NCBI GenBank assembly: GCA_963749495.1
Contig: CAVVMW010000007.1
Location: 160,001 to 224,000, forward strand
DNA: 64,000 nucleotides
Source of the DNA: an uncultured bacterium
Lineage (GTDB): Bacteria; Verrucomicrobiota; Verrucomicrobiia; Limisphaerales; UBA8199
Direction: 5' to 3'
Part shown: piece by piece, positions 52,835-63,140 of the stretch
Numbering within the stretch: position 1 is the stretch's first letter
Layout: each line of letters opens with the position of its first letter
Program-made: the position numbers and the translations under genes
Notes under the pieces: generated by a model
Told to the model about the DNA's origin: nothing
Databases searched by the model: none
Seen by the model: the letters and a program-made list of their open reading frames with translations, nothing else

Positions 52835-54139
52835 ATGTTCAGAATCCTACTCGCAGCGACAGCCCTCTCGCTGGCCACCGCATCGGCTCAAGACAGCCTC
52901 CACACCTTCAAGAAAGTGCGCCTCACCGACCAGTTCTGGGCCGAGGGCGCGGCCTTCGCGGACTTCAACCGCAACGGGCACATCGATGTGGTGTCCGGGG
53001 CCTTCTGGTATGAGGGGCCCGACTTCAAGCAGCGGCACGAGATCTGGCCCGCCAACGCCAGCTTCAAACGGACCCGCCCCGATGGCACGGTGGAAACCGT
53101 CCCCGGTTTCGAGGGGGCGCTGGGCACCAACAATGCCTACGCCGATTGTTTCCTGACCTTCGCCTACGACATGAACGGGGACGGCTGGCCGGACGTGATC
53201 GTCTATGGTTTTCCCGGCAAAGAGGTGCCCTGGTATGAAAACCCCAAGGGCCGCCCGGGCCACTGGCAGCGGCATGTCATCTTCGATGAACTGGACAACG
53301 AGTCGCCCGGGTTCATGGACATCACGGGCGACGGCAAGCCGGAGATCCTCTGCTGCTCCAAGGGGTGCATCGGCTACGCCCAGGCCGACTGGAGCAACCC
53401 CGCCGCGCCCTGGAAATTCCACGCCATCACGCCCAAAGGCAGCTACCAGCGCTACACTCACGGTTTGGGCGCCGGGGACATCAACGGCGATGGCCGCATC
53501 AATATCCTGGAAAAGGACGGCTGGTGGGAACAACCGGCCTCGCTCGCCGGCGACCCCCTCTGGATCAAGCATCCGTTCCACTTCGGCAACGGCGGCGCCC
53601 AGATGGCCGTCTATGATGTCAACGGCGACGGCCTCAACAACGTCATCACCTCGATCAGCGCCCACGGCTATGGCCTGGCGTGGTACGAGCAGGTCCGGGA
53701 GAACGGCGCTATCACCTTCCGCGAGCACCTGATCCTCAACAAAGACGCCTCCAAGAACCGGTATGGTGTCCAGTTCTCCCAGGGACATGCCCTCTGCCTG
53801 ATCAATGTGGACGGCGACGGGCTGCTGGACATTGTCACCGGCAAACGCTTCTGGGCGCATGGCAAATACGGCCCCGACCCGGAGTCCGATGGGTTCCCTG
53901 CCGTCCTCTATTGGTTCAAGCTGGTCCGTCCCGCCAAGGGCCAGGCCGAGTTCCTCCCCTTCCGCGTGGACGACGACTCCGGTGTCGGAACCCAGGTCAT
54001 GGCTGGTTTCGTCAGCGATCCCCAACACCCCGACATCGTCGTCGGCAACAAAAAGGGCGTCTTCGTCTTCGAGCACCAGGTCAAGGCCGTCAGCCATGAC
54101 GAGTGGGAAAAGGCGCAGCCCAAACCGATAAACCCATAG
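52835..54139 (+). CDS. secreted FG-GAP/VCBS repeat protein
   Basis: Signal peptide; repeated DxNGDG..D motifs; TGKRFWAHG, DSGVGTQ. Confidence 0.88.
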   Translation: MFRILLAATALSLATASAQDSLHTFKKVRLTDQFWAEGAAFADFNRNGHIDVVSGAFWYEGPDFKQRHEIWPANASFKRTRPDGTVETVPGFEGALGTNNAYADCFLTFAYDMNGDGWPDVIVYGFPGKEVPWYENPKGRPGHWQRHVIFDELDNESPGFMDITGDGKPEILCCSKGCIGYAQADWSNPAAPWKFHAITPKGSYQRYTHGLGAGDINGDGRINILEKDGWWEQPASLAGDPLWIKHPFHFGNGGAQMAVYDVNGDGLNNVITSISAHGYGLAWYEQVRENGAITFREHLILNKDASKNRYGVQFSQGHALCLINVDGDGLLDIVTGKRFWAHGKYGPDPESDGFPAVLYWFKLVRPAKGQAEFLPFRVDDDSGVGTQVMAGFVSDPQHPDIVVGNKKGVFVFEHQVKAVSHDEWEKAQPKPINP

Positions 54140-54183
54140 GGACGGGTCCGACAGGTCAGACGGGTCGGACCGGTCAGACCAAT

Positions 54184-56703
54184 TCAACGCCGGGCGGCCA
54201 GCGGCGCCAGCACCCGCAACCAGAGCGCCCGTTGCGGCCAGGGGGGCAAAGGGAACACCGGGCCGTCGTCGAGCGGCAGCGTGGCGATCGTGTTGAGATC
54301 CGGAGCATCACCGCGCAGGAAGACGCCGATGGGAAGGTTCAGGGCGGGGCCATCGACCTGGATTCGCACCTCGTGGTCGGGCCCTGGGATGCCGGCCAGG
54401 AACCAGATCCAATTCTCCAGATGCCCCTCGCCTGCGGCGCCGAAGGACCCTTGGGACTTCGACACGGTCACTGCCGCCTTCTTCCCATCCACGGTGATCG
54501 TGCAGGTGTTTGTCGCCACACCGGCGCTTCCCTCGCACAACACGCAAAGCTGTATCCCGCCGGCCTCCCCCACGCTCAAGCGGCCGCGCGCGACGAAAGA
54601 AACCCGCTCCTTCGCCCCGCCGTCCGGCGCAGTCCTGGAGGGGCCTGAGGCAGGCGGATCGTCTGCGGAGACGGTGCGTTCGAGGCGGGCCTCCTGGGCC
54701 GGGCTCCAGCGAACGATCGGCAGGGAATGCGCCCCCGGTCTGGCAGGCGGCTGGTCCGTGGGGACGATCTCGACGAACTGCGTTTCATCGGGCCCGAGCG
54801 CCAGGTCCAGCGGGGGCGTGCCCGGGGCCAGGCGCGCGATGACGGCGCGGCGCGGATAAAGCAGGCGCACCTCCAGGTTGCGGGTGGACTCGAAGGGTTT
54901 GAGCAGGGAGATGCTTCGCTCTTCGATCCACGGGTTGCGCAGGCAATAGACCTGGCGCGAGGCGCCCAGGAAAGCGTAGCCGTAGGCCCGGCGTTTGGCG
55001 GGGTCGCCGCCGATGGGCAGCGGTTCGCGGAGGAACTCGCGGTTATGGCGCGCCCATTTCATCAGGTCCGCGAAGAAGCTCCAGGCAGCGCGGTCCATGA
55101 ACTTGGGGTTGATGTAAGAGGAGATGAACCAGCGCCCGCGCCCCACGGCCATGGCGGCGTGGTTCTGGAAGGCGCCGGGGCATTGCACGATGATGTCGAA
55201 GCACTGCAAGGCGGCGCTGGGCATCAGGAACGAGGCGCGGCCCTCCAGGTTCTTGATGTCGCGGGCGGTGGTCAGGGACTCCAGGTAGTCCGGGGCGGGG
55301 CAGCGGCCATAGGGGCTGTCATCGCCGAAAGGGCCGATGATGAACGGCACGTGCATGAGCCACCACGGGCTGGGTTGATAGCCGAAGCAGGTGGGCTCCA
55401 GGGCAATGTCCGGATTGAACCGGCGCAACTCGTCGAAGACCTCCATCAGCCCTTCGGCAATGGGCAGGCGCGACTCGGCGCCGGTCTTGTGGCCGTGGCC
55501 GGCCACGTCGCACTGCGCGATGAACCCGTCGAACTTCATGTGGGCCAGCCGGGCCTCGCGGGCGTAACCCAGCGCCGCGTTCTTGAAGGCCGCCTGGTAG
55601 CGGCCGCCCTTGGCCAGGCAGGCATTGAGGCCCAGGCCCCGCTGCGGGGTGACCTCGTAGCCCGCGGCTTCAAGCCAATGATTGTCCAGCGCGGGCGGAT
55701 AGAGGCTGCTGGGCGAGATCCAGAGGCCCACGTGGCTGCCCATGGCCTCGAGGGCCGCGCGGATGGGCGCGAACCGTTGCGGGAATTGGTTGGTGTCCAT
55801 CCCCCATACGGATTTCGGGTTGGACCAGCCCATATCCAGGGCGTAGGAATCGAAGAAGAAACCGGTGGGCTCGTAGAGGCCCTTCCTGAGCGCGCCCAGG
55901 TTGCCCAGCACGAATTGCTCGGAAGAAGGCACGGGCGCCGTCCACCAGTCATTGTAGTGGACGTGCATGTCCTTGGGCTTGGCCCACACCGTCTCCAGGT
56001 AGCGCAGGAAGGCGCGGCGCAGGGCCTCGGGCCCGAAGGCCTCGCGGTCTGCGCGGGAGCAAGAGCCAAAGACGGCGCTGGGCAGCTCCGTCCACGCCCG
56101 CCCCACCTTGAGATAGGGGTGCTGGCCCAGCGAGAAGGCATCGCCCTGCACGTGGCACATCGCTGAGGGGTGTTCAATCCCCGCAAACAAGGCGTCGCCG
56201 AAAACCGGTGAGGAAACCGTCTCCGGCCCCACCAACTTGAAGTGCTCGCTCCCGACTTCGAGTTCGAGCAGGCCCGCCTGCTCGACAACCACCGGTTCGC
56301 CCGGCGAGCGCAGGAACGTCCGTATCCGCAAGGTCCGCCCATCCGCGCAGAATGAGAAGACCTGGCGCACATCGAGCGAAAGCTCTGGCACGCTCGTCTC
56401 GAGTACGACCTCGTTGTCTTTCGCCCTCAACTGACTGAACCCGGTCTTCTCGAAGCTCGCCTGGCCCCGGCCCGCCACCATTAACCGCAGCCGCGGGCCG
56501 CCGATGGTCCAGCCTTGCTGGGCGGAGGTGTCGTTATAGCTCCTCCACTCATACCCCTGGCCGGTCCGAACGAAAACCGCCTCGACCGCGTTGGCCCCGC
56601 GCAGCGTTGCGCCTCCAGTCTCCTGGGCCGCACACGCGCCAACGCCGCAGGCGCACACCACCGGCACAATGCCGGCCCATAGCCACTGGAACAATCGTTT
56701 CAT
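54184..56703 (-). CDS. secreted glycoside hydrolase-like protein (alpha-galactosidase/GH36-like TIM barrel)
   Basis: Signal peptide; HYNDWW, ALDMGW, FP..F, GLWISP, HMKFDG. Confidence 0.65.
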   Translation of the reverse strand: MKRLFQWLWAGIVPVVCACGVGACAAQETGGATLRGANAVEAVFVRTGQGYEWRSYNDTSAQQGWTIGGPRLRLMVAGRGQASFEKTGFSQLRAKDNEVVLETSVPELSLDVRQVFSFCADGRTLRIRTFLRSPGEPVVVEQAGLLELEVGSEHFKLVGPETVSSPVFGDALFAGIEHPSAMCHVQGDAFSLGQHPYLKVGRAWTELPSAVFGSCSRADREAFGPEALRRAFLRYLETVWAKPKDMHVHYNDWWTAPVPSSEQFVLGNLGALRKGLYEPTGFFFDSYALDMGWSNPKSVWGMDTNQFPQRFAPIRAALEAMGSHVGLWISPSSLYPPALDNHWLEAAGYEVTPQRGLGLNACLAKGGRYQAAFKNAALGYAREARLAHMKFDGFIAQCDVAGHGHKTGAESRLPIAEGLMEVFDELRRFNPDIALEPTCFGYQPSPWWLMHVPFIIGPFGDDSPYGRCPAPDYLESLTTARDIKNLEGRASFLMPSAALQCFDIIVQCPGAFQNHAAMAVGRGRWFISSYINPKFMDRAAWSFFADLMKWARHNREFLREPLPIGGDPAKRRAYGYAFLGASRQVYCLRNPWIEERSISLLKPFESTRNLEVRLLYPRRAVIARLAPGTPPLDLALGPDETQFVEIVPTDQPPARPGAHSLPIVRWSPAQEARLERTVSADDPPASGPSRTAPDGGAKERVSFVARGRLSVGEAGGIQLCVLCEGSAGVATNTCTITVDGKKAAVTVSKSQGSFGAAGEGHLENWIWFLAGIPGPDHEVRIQVDGPALNLPIGVFLRGDAPDLNTIATLPLDDGPVFPLPPWPQRALWLRVLAPLAARR

Positions 56704-56739
56704 TCTTCAGCTTTACAGACAGATCATGCCCGGGACCTC

Positions 56740-56983
56740 GGTGCGACTAAAACTTTTGGCCCCGAAGGGGCTTCCGACAATAGCCCAACGTTTCAACGTT
56801 GGGTTGGATACGCCGACACCCCGAGTCCCGAAGGGACGGCTGAGACCACGGAGGATTTCAGCCGTCCCTTCGGGACTTTGCGCATCTTCGCCCGGAGCCC
56901 AACGTTGAAACGTTGGGCTATTCTCAAATGTCCCTCCGGGACAAAACTCCCGGAACGCATGCCCGACACTCTCAATCGCACCC
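56740..56983. repeat. REPIN/MITE-like nested palindromic element (copy 2 of 17592-17864)
   Basis: ccgacaatagcccaacgtttcaacgttggg ... cccaacgttgaaacgttgggctatt..atgtccctccgggacaaa, same 3' tail gcatgcccgac..ct.aatcgcaccc. Confidence 0.85.
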
Positions 56984-57014
56984 TCGGCACTTACCGCCCG
57001 AGCAGGCGATTGAC

Positions 57015-57578
57015 CTACTCCAAATCGAACGACTCGGGATCCCACTCGCCGCACCAATCCAGCAATTCCGCGTTGGCTTTGGCGGAAGGATTTCGCAGAG
57101 CCTCCAGGAGTTGGTCATAGCCGGGAGGGCCGCCGCAATCGTCCGGCGGACAGGCGCGGGCGCCGGCCAGGCAGAGGGGATAGCGCCGGCCAGGCTCCAA
57201 CGGGAGAATTCGTTCCAACTGTATCCCGTGCAGCCAGCCATCGCCGAAATCATATTCGTACAGGAGCATCTGTCCCTTGCGGACCAGGACATCGCGCACA
57301 AGCGTGGCATCCTCGTCTTCCCCTTCGTGACCGAAGGTGCGCAGCGGCGGGCCGAATCCTCGAGGGGGCATCCGGAATTCGTGCATGTGAGCGCCGCCCC
57401 AGCCCATCGCGCGCTGAATGACGCCGTGAAGCTCGCCGAGCGTGGAGTCATCTCGCACCACCACGCGGCGCCAGATCGGCGGCGCGATGTAGCGCAGGGT
57501 GATCTTGAGTTGGAGGGCATTCGCGGCGGGAGCCCCGAGGCTTGCTTTTCGGTGGCGGGCGGTGCTGTTGCGGCTCAT
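57015..57578 (-). CDS. plasmid pRiA4b ORF-3 family protein
   Basis: QLKITL...PPIWRRV, LH.VIQ.AMGW...HMHEF, YEYDFGDGW.H, CLAGARACPPDDCGGPPGY. Confidence 0.9.
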   Translation of the reverse strand: MSRNSTARHRKASLGAPAANALQLKITLRYIAPPIWRRVVVRDDSTLGELHGVIQRAMGWGGAHMHEFRMPPRGFGPPLRTFGHEGEDEDATLVRDVLVRKGQMLLYEYDFGDGWLHGIQLERILPLEPGRRYPLCLAGARACPPDDCGGPPGYDQLLEALRNPSAKANAELLDWCGEWDPESFDLE

Positions 57579-57717
57579 GCTGGTGGTATAGCACCGCGGC
57601 AGCGACCAAGGCAAGCACCGCGGGATGATTTCTGGCGCATCCCGGCGCCGCCCCCTTCCAGGAATCCCTGCCACAATTGCCTCGCGCCGCAGGCTCTCAC
57701 GAGCTAAGCTCCGCTCG

Positions 57718-58059
57718 ATGAGCGACCCCCATGCCATCCTGGTGTTGATTTGCAACGCGGATGGCCAGTACCTCGCCGACAGCGGCGGGCCAGGGGAGTT
57801 GACCCGGGACCGCACCCGCGCTGCCATTTTTGATTATCTGCGCGACCGCGTTGCCGAGCGGATCGAGGTTGCCAACCGCGTCCATGGAACTGCCTGGAAA
57901 CCCGTGCTGGCGGACCCGCGCGAGGGTTTCGAGACCTGCGACCGTTGCGGCCGGCGCGTCTTCGCCTTCAATGCCTTTTTTGACGGCCGCCAGTTTCTCT
58001 GCCCCGCCTGCCGCGACTGTGCGCGCCCAGACCAGCCGTCACCGCGTAGCGGTGCCTGA
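57718..58059 (+). CDS. hypothetical protein with C-terminal zinc ribbon
   Basis: ETCDRCG...FLCPAC. Confidence 0.6.
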   Translation: MSDPHAILVLICNADGQYLADSGGPGELTRDRTRAAIFDYLRDRVAERIEVANRVHGTAWKPVLADPREGFETCDRCGRRVFAFNAFFDGRQFLCPACRDCARPDQPSPRSGA

Positions 58060-58235
58060 TGGTAGCCGTGGACTTCCAGTCCACGGACCCACGGCCGCAA
58101 TTCAGGCGCGTCGCGTAGCGACGCCTGAGAAACAGACATCCAACTTGTCAGGCGTCGCTACGCGACGCGTGACCATTCCCACGCCCTGAACCGTGGACCG
58201 AGGTCCACGGCTACCTTCACTGCGTCGCTACGCGA
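58043..58235. repeat. REPIN-like nested palindromic element
   Basis: cgcgtagcg..ggtagccgtggac..gtccacgg; gcgtcgcgtagcgacgcctga..tcaggcgtcgctacgcgacgc; ccgtggac..gtccacggctacc..cgctacgcg; overlaps both flanking stop codons. Confidence 0.8.
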
Positions 58236-61200
58236 CCCAGCACGCCCCGGAGGTACTTCCCCGTGTGGCTGGCGGGCACGCGGGCGACCGCCTCGGGCGG
58301 GCCTTGGGCGACGATTTGGCCGCCGGCAGAGCCGCCCTCGGGGCCGAGATCGATGATCCAATCCGCCGTCTTGATGACATCGAGGTTGTGTTCGATGACC
58401 AGGACGGTATTGCCCGATGCGCGGAGTTTGAAGAGGACCTCCAGCAGCTTGGCCACGTCATGGAAGTGCAGGCCGGTGGTCGGCTCGTCCAGGATGTAGA
58501 GGGTGTGGCCGGTGGCCTTGCGGCTGAGTTCGGCGGCGAGCTTGACGCGCTGGGCCTCGCCGCCGCTGAGCGTGGTGGCGGACTGGCCCAGGCCGATATA
58601 GCCCAGCCCGACTTCCGCCAGCGTCGCCAGGGGGTCGCAAATCTGCGGCACAGCCCTGAAGAACGTCACCGCCTCGTCCACCGTCATGTCGAGCACGTCG
58701 GCGATGTTCTTGCCTTTGTAAGTGATTTCGAGGGTCTCGCGATTGTAGCGGCGGCCGTTGCAGGCCTCGCAGGTGACATAGACCGGCGGCAGGAAGTGCA
58801 TCTCGATCTTGATCAGGCCGTCGCCCTGGCATTTCTCGCAGCGGCCGCCCTTGACGTTGAAGCTGAACCGGCCGGAGCCGTAGCCGCGAATCCGGGCCGC
58901 CGGCAGGCGCGCGAAGAGTTCGCGGATATGATTGAACATGCCGGTGTAGGTGGCCGGGTTGCTGCGCGGGGTGCGCCCGATCGGGGTCTGGTCGATGACG
59001 ATGACCTTGTCCAGGCGCTCGAAGCCCCTGAGGGCGCGGTGGGCGCCGGGCCGCTCCTTGGAGCCGAAGAACTTGCGGAAGAGCGCCCGCCGGAGAATGT
59101 CGTCCACCAGCGTGCTCTTGCCGGAACCGCTGACGCCGGTGACGCAGGTGAAGGCGCCCAGCGGGATGCGCACGTTGATGTCCTTGAGGTTGTTCTGGCG
59201 CGCCCCCAGCACCTCCAGCCAGCCGCGCTCCTCGGAGGGTTTGACGCGCTGGCGTGGGACGGGGATGGAGAGCTGGCCGTTGAGGTATTTGGCGGTGAGG
59301 GAGGTTGGGTGGGCCAGCAACTCGGGCAGCGTGCCCGCCGCCACCAGTTCGCCGCCGCGCACCCCGGCGCCCGGTCCCAGGTCCAGCACGTAATCGGCCC
59401 GGCGGATCGTCTCCGCGTCGTGCTCGACCACTATGACGGAGTTGCCCAGGTCACGGAGACCTTCCAGGGTGCGGAGCAGCCGGTCGTTGTCCCGCTGGTG
59501 CAGGCCGATGCTGGGTTCGTCCAGGATGTAGAGCACGCCGACCAGGCCGGCGCCAATCTGCGTGGCCAGCCGGATGCGCTGGGCCTCGCCCCCGCTTAGG
59601 GTGCTGCTTTCCCGGTCCAGCGTCAGGTAGCCCAGGCCCACGTCCTTCAGAAAGCCGAGCCGGGCGCGAATCTCCTTGATGATGTCGCCGGCGATTTTCT
59701 CCTGGAACTGGCTCAACTTGAGACCCGCAAAAAAGCCGTCGGCCTGCTCCACGGACAAGGCGCAAAGGTCCATGATCGACAGGCCCGGGATAGCAGGTTG
59801 TTGAATCGGCTGCCCGGCGGCCTGCGGCTCGGGCAGGACCCGGCGTTCCTGGGCATCCCCGGCCCTCGAAGTCCCCACCAGCCGCACTGCCAGGATCTCC
59901 GGCTTGAGCCGCCGTCCGTTGCAGGCATCGCAGAATTGCGGGCTCATGAATCCCTTGAGCCGGTTGCGGGTGAATTCGCTCTGGCTTTCGGCGTAGAGGC
60001 GCTCCAGGTTGGGGAGCACCCCTTCGAACGGGCGGCTCACCGCGCTCATCTTGCCGGCGCGCCAGAAGGTGAACTCGATCTGGGCCTGGCCCGAGCCGTG
60101 GAGCAGGACTTGCCTGAACTCCTCCGGCAGGGACCCGTAAGGCGTCTCCAGCTTTTGCCCGTAGTGGCCGGCCACGCCGCGCAGCAGGGCCTTGTAATAG
60201 ACGACCATCCGCTTGCCGCCGCGCCGCCAGGGCAGGATGGCCCCTTGTTCGAGCGACTTCTCCGCGTCGGGCACTGCCAGACCCTCGTCAAACACCAGTT
60301 TCTGGCCCAGTCCATGGCAGACCGGGCAGGCGCCCGAGGGCGCGTTGAAGGAGAAGTGTTTGGGAGTGAACGGCTCGTAGCTCTTGCCCGTAGCGGGGCT
60401 GAGATTGCGGTTGGAGTGCAGCGTCTCGATCCAGGCCGATTCGACTGTGGACTGCCCGTCCTCTCCTCCCTCCGCAGTAGCTCTGCTACGGAGGACGGGC
60501 GCAGTAGCCCTGCTACGCCCGTCCTCCGCAGTAGCCTTGCTACGGAGGGAGGAGAGGGTGGATGGACTGTGGACTGTGGACTGATTCGGACTGGATTGAT
60601 GGATTGGTGGATTGATGGATTGGTGGCAGAGCGCGTCGGACCGGGAGACTGTGGACTCTGGACTCTGGACTGTGGACTGTGGACTCTGGACTGTGGACTG
60701 TGGACTCTGGACTGTGGACTGTGGACAATGCAGCGTCAGCATCACGCCCTGCCCCCAGCGCAGGGCGGTCTCGACCGAATCGCTCAGGCGCACGCGGATT
60801 TCTCATCGATGACCAACCGATCCACGACCGCCTCGATGGTGTGCCGCTCCTTGGGGTCGAGCTTGATGCGGACGCCATTGGCCAACTCGACCAACTGGCC
60901 ATCAACGCGCGCGCGGACGAACCCCTCTCGCGCCAGGCGCTCGACGACGTCCCGGAACTCCCCTTTTTGGTTGCGCACCACCGGGGCGAGCAACATCACG
61001 CGCGAGCGCGCGGGCAAGGCGAGGATTTTGTCCACGATCTCGCTGGTCGTCTGGCGGACAATCGGCACGCCGGTCTCCGGGCAAAAGGGCTGGCCCACAT
61101 GCGCGTAGAGCAGGCGCAGATAGTCGTAGATCTCGGTGGTGGTGGCAATAATCGAGCGCGGGCTGGAGCCGGAGCTCCGCTGCTCGATCGCGATCGCCGG

Positions 61201-61446
61201 CGAAAGCCCCTCGATGTAGTCCACCTCCGGCTTCTGCATCTGGTCCAGGAACTGCCGCGCATAGGCCGAGAGCGACTCGACATACTTGCGCTGGCCCTCG
61301 GCGTAGATCGTGTCGAAGGCAAGCGACGACTTTCCCGAACCGCTCAACCCGGTGATGACCACCAGCTTGTCGCGCGGGATCTGCAGCGTGAGGTTCTTCA
61401 AATTGTGCTCACGCGCGCCGCCTATCCGGATGAATTCTTTGCTCAC
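58217..61446 (-). CDS. uvrA: excinuclease ABC subunit A, 1-nt frameshift near 60800 and in-frame repeat insertion
   Basis: [61 protein letters not shown]; adding one A restores [11 protein letters not shown]. Confidence 0.96.
60441..60728. repeat. in-frame compound repeat insertion in uvrA
   Basis: (TGTGGAC/TCTGGAC)~11, (GGATTGAT/GGATTGGT)~4, and a nested palindrome ctcctccctccgcagtagc..gctacggagggaggag. Confidence 0.9.
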
Positions 61447-61561
61447 CGGCCCGAATTGTGCCTGCTAAACAACCGGAAAATCTACCGGAAATCCTCCCCG
61501 GAAGCAAAAAGGAATGATTTGACGCGGGCTGCGGCAAAAACTAGGTTGTTCGCCGCTGGCT

Positions 61562-61640
61562 GGTGGTCGTAGCTCAGCCCGGTTAGAGCCCCAGATTGTG
61601 GATCTGGCTGTCGCGGGTTCAAATCCCGTCGACCACCCCA
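61562..61640 (+). tRNA. tRNA-His (GTG)
   Basis: G-1, acceptor GTGGTCG/CGACCAC, anticodon arm CCAGA-TTGTGGA-TCTGG, GGTTCAAATCC T-arm, encoded CCA. Confidence 0.96.
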
Positions 61641-61970
61641 TTCTGCCCGCGAGAGACCCCTTGTTGTCAGGCCGCCCATAAAGTGAGCGCTTCGCTCAGT
61701 ATTTGCCTGTAAACCGAGGGCTTTAGTTCCTCCTCCACTTCGGTTACCGGGCTCTCACGCCGAGCTGCAGCTCGCTCAACACTCACAAACACCCACCCGG
61801 AGGCCTGCCTCTGTCCTGTGACGACAGCGCCTCCGGCCGGAGGGGGCCAGCGCGGAGCTCATGCAGTTCACCTTCGGGGCCGCTTTGGATTCGCCGCGGG
61901 CCGCGGATTGTGGTACGTTCCCCGGCATGACAACAACGGCCGGCCAGCCCGGCCTTTCCGTTGACGAACT

Positions 61971-62516
61971 ATGCGTATCACCATCGATCCCGAGCGTGTC
62001 GCGCGGACCTTCTCCGAGTTTGCGGATAGCCCTGCCCTGCAGGAGAGCGCGCAACTCTTCGCCCGCAGGCTGCCCATCGCGGAGATGATCCAGGCCCTCG
62101 CGATGAACCCGAACGTGCTGCGGGCATTCGCCGCGTTTGAGAGCGTTTATCCGTCCGGAACCCTTGAACGGGGCCTGCTCGAGAAGGTCATTCTGCGGGT
62201 CTCACAAATGCACGACTGCCAGTTTTGCACGCACTCGCACCTGGACATCATGCAGCGCCTCAAGATCCTCACCGACCTTTCACCGGCGGCGCTGCACACG
62301 GAACGCGAGCGTTTGGCGATCGCATACGCCGAGTTGATTACGCTCAATTCGAACCGCGTTCCCGACGCCTTCTTCGAGCGTTTGCGCGCCGTCTTCACCG
62401 ACCCGGAAATCGTCGAACTCACGTTCCACACCGGCTTCATCACGATGCTGAACCGGTTTAACAACGCCCTGCAGGTCCGTTACCGCGGCGAGTTCGACGG
62501 GGTGGAGATCCGATAG
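61971..62516 (+). CDS. carboxymuconolactone decarboxylase / AhpD-like protein
   Basis: EKVILRVSQMHDCQFCTHSH CxxC motif, FTDPEIVEL...NRFNNAL. Confidence 0.85.
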   Translation: MRITIDPERVARTFSEFADSPALQESAQLFARRLPIAEMIQALAMNPNVLRAFAAFESVYPSGTLERGLLEKVILRVSQMHDCQFCTHSHLDIMQRLKILTDLSPAALHTERERLAIAYAELITLNSNRVPDAFFERLRAVFTDPEIVELTFHTGFITMLNRFNNALQVRYRGEFDGVEIR

Positions 62517-62519
62517 CAC

Positions 62520-63140
62520 CGCACGATTCAATTTCCACCGCCTAAGGGCATTTCCTTCACCCACTACCATTGCTTGTGTCTGCGTGACGCCGAGCAGCGC
62601 GTCCCTGGGTATCAGACTGAAGGTCAAGGCCAGGTGCAACTTGGTCTCCCGCGTGCTCTGTCGCCGATCCAACTCTTCAAAGAAAACCATCGGTTGACGG
62701 TCGAGTTCGGGTGGGAACTGCGGCGCCAGCACCGACTGCCGTGGGGCCGACGCGAGGAAATCCCGGCGTGATTCGAAGACAACCATGCGGCAGGCGTTGG
62801 CGAGCACGAGATTGTTCGGCTCGAGGCGAAGGCCCTGGCGGATGTTGTCAAGAGCAGCGTGAAGGTCTCCCTGCCGGTAGGCCGCGATTCCCCGCCGCAC
62901 CAAAGCTGCGCCCTCGGATAGAGGCGTGACCTTCTGCGCTCCTGGCCCGGAGTGCGGCTCCGACCAAATAAACGTGTTTAACTGTTTCATCGCTTCCAGG
63001 CCGGCAAGACCTGAGGGTCTCAAGCGTTACCCCAGCAGGAACCGCGGGCAGGTCGAGCATTCCCACGCGAAGCCAAGCAACCATGGCCGTGGTGGCGATC
63101 AGGAGCAGCCCGACCATCCACCAGGATCTGGCAACGCGTT
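62520..63140 (-). pseudogene. fragment of membrane-anchored TPR-like protein, frameshifted
   Basis: TM WWMVGLLLIATTAMVAW, then (shifted frame near 63015) GIAAYRQGDLHAALDNIRQGLRLEPNN; no clear start. Confidence 0.45.

Noticed and set aside
60441..60728. Intein in uvrA
   Set aside because: Starts near a Cys but has no Hint motifs or terminal His-Asn; it is low-complexity repeat sequence
61600..61640. attL/attR duplication of the tRNA-His 3' end
   Set aside because: No second copy found in this window; it may lie downstream
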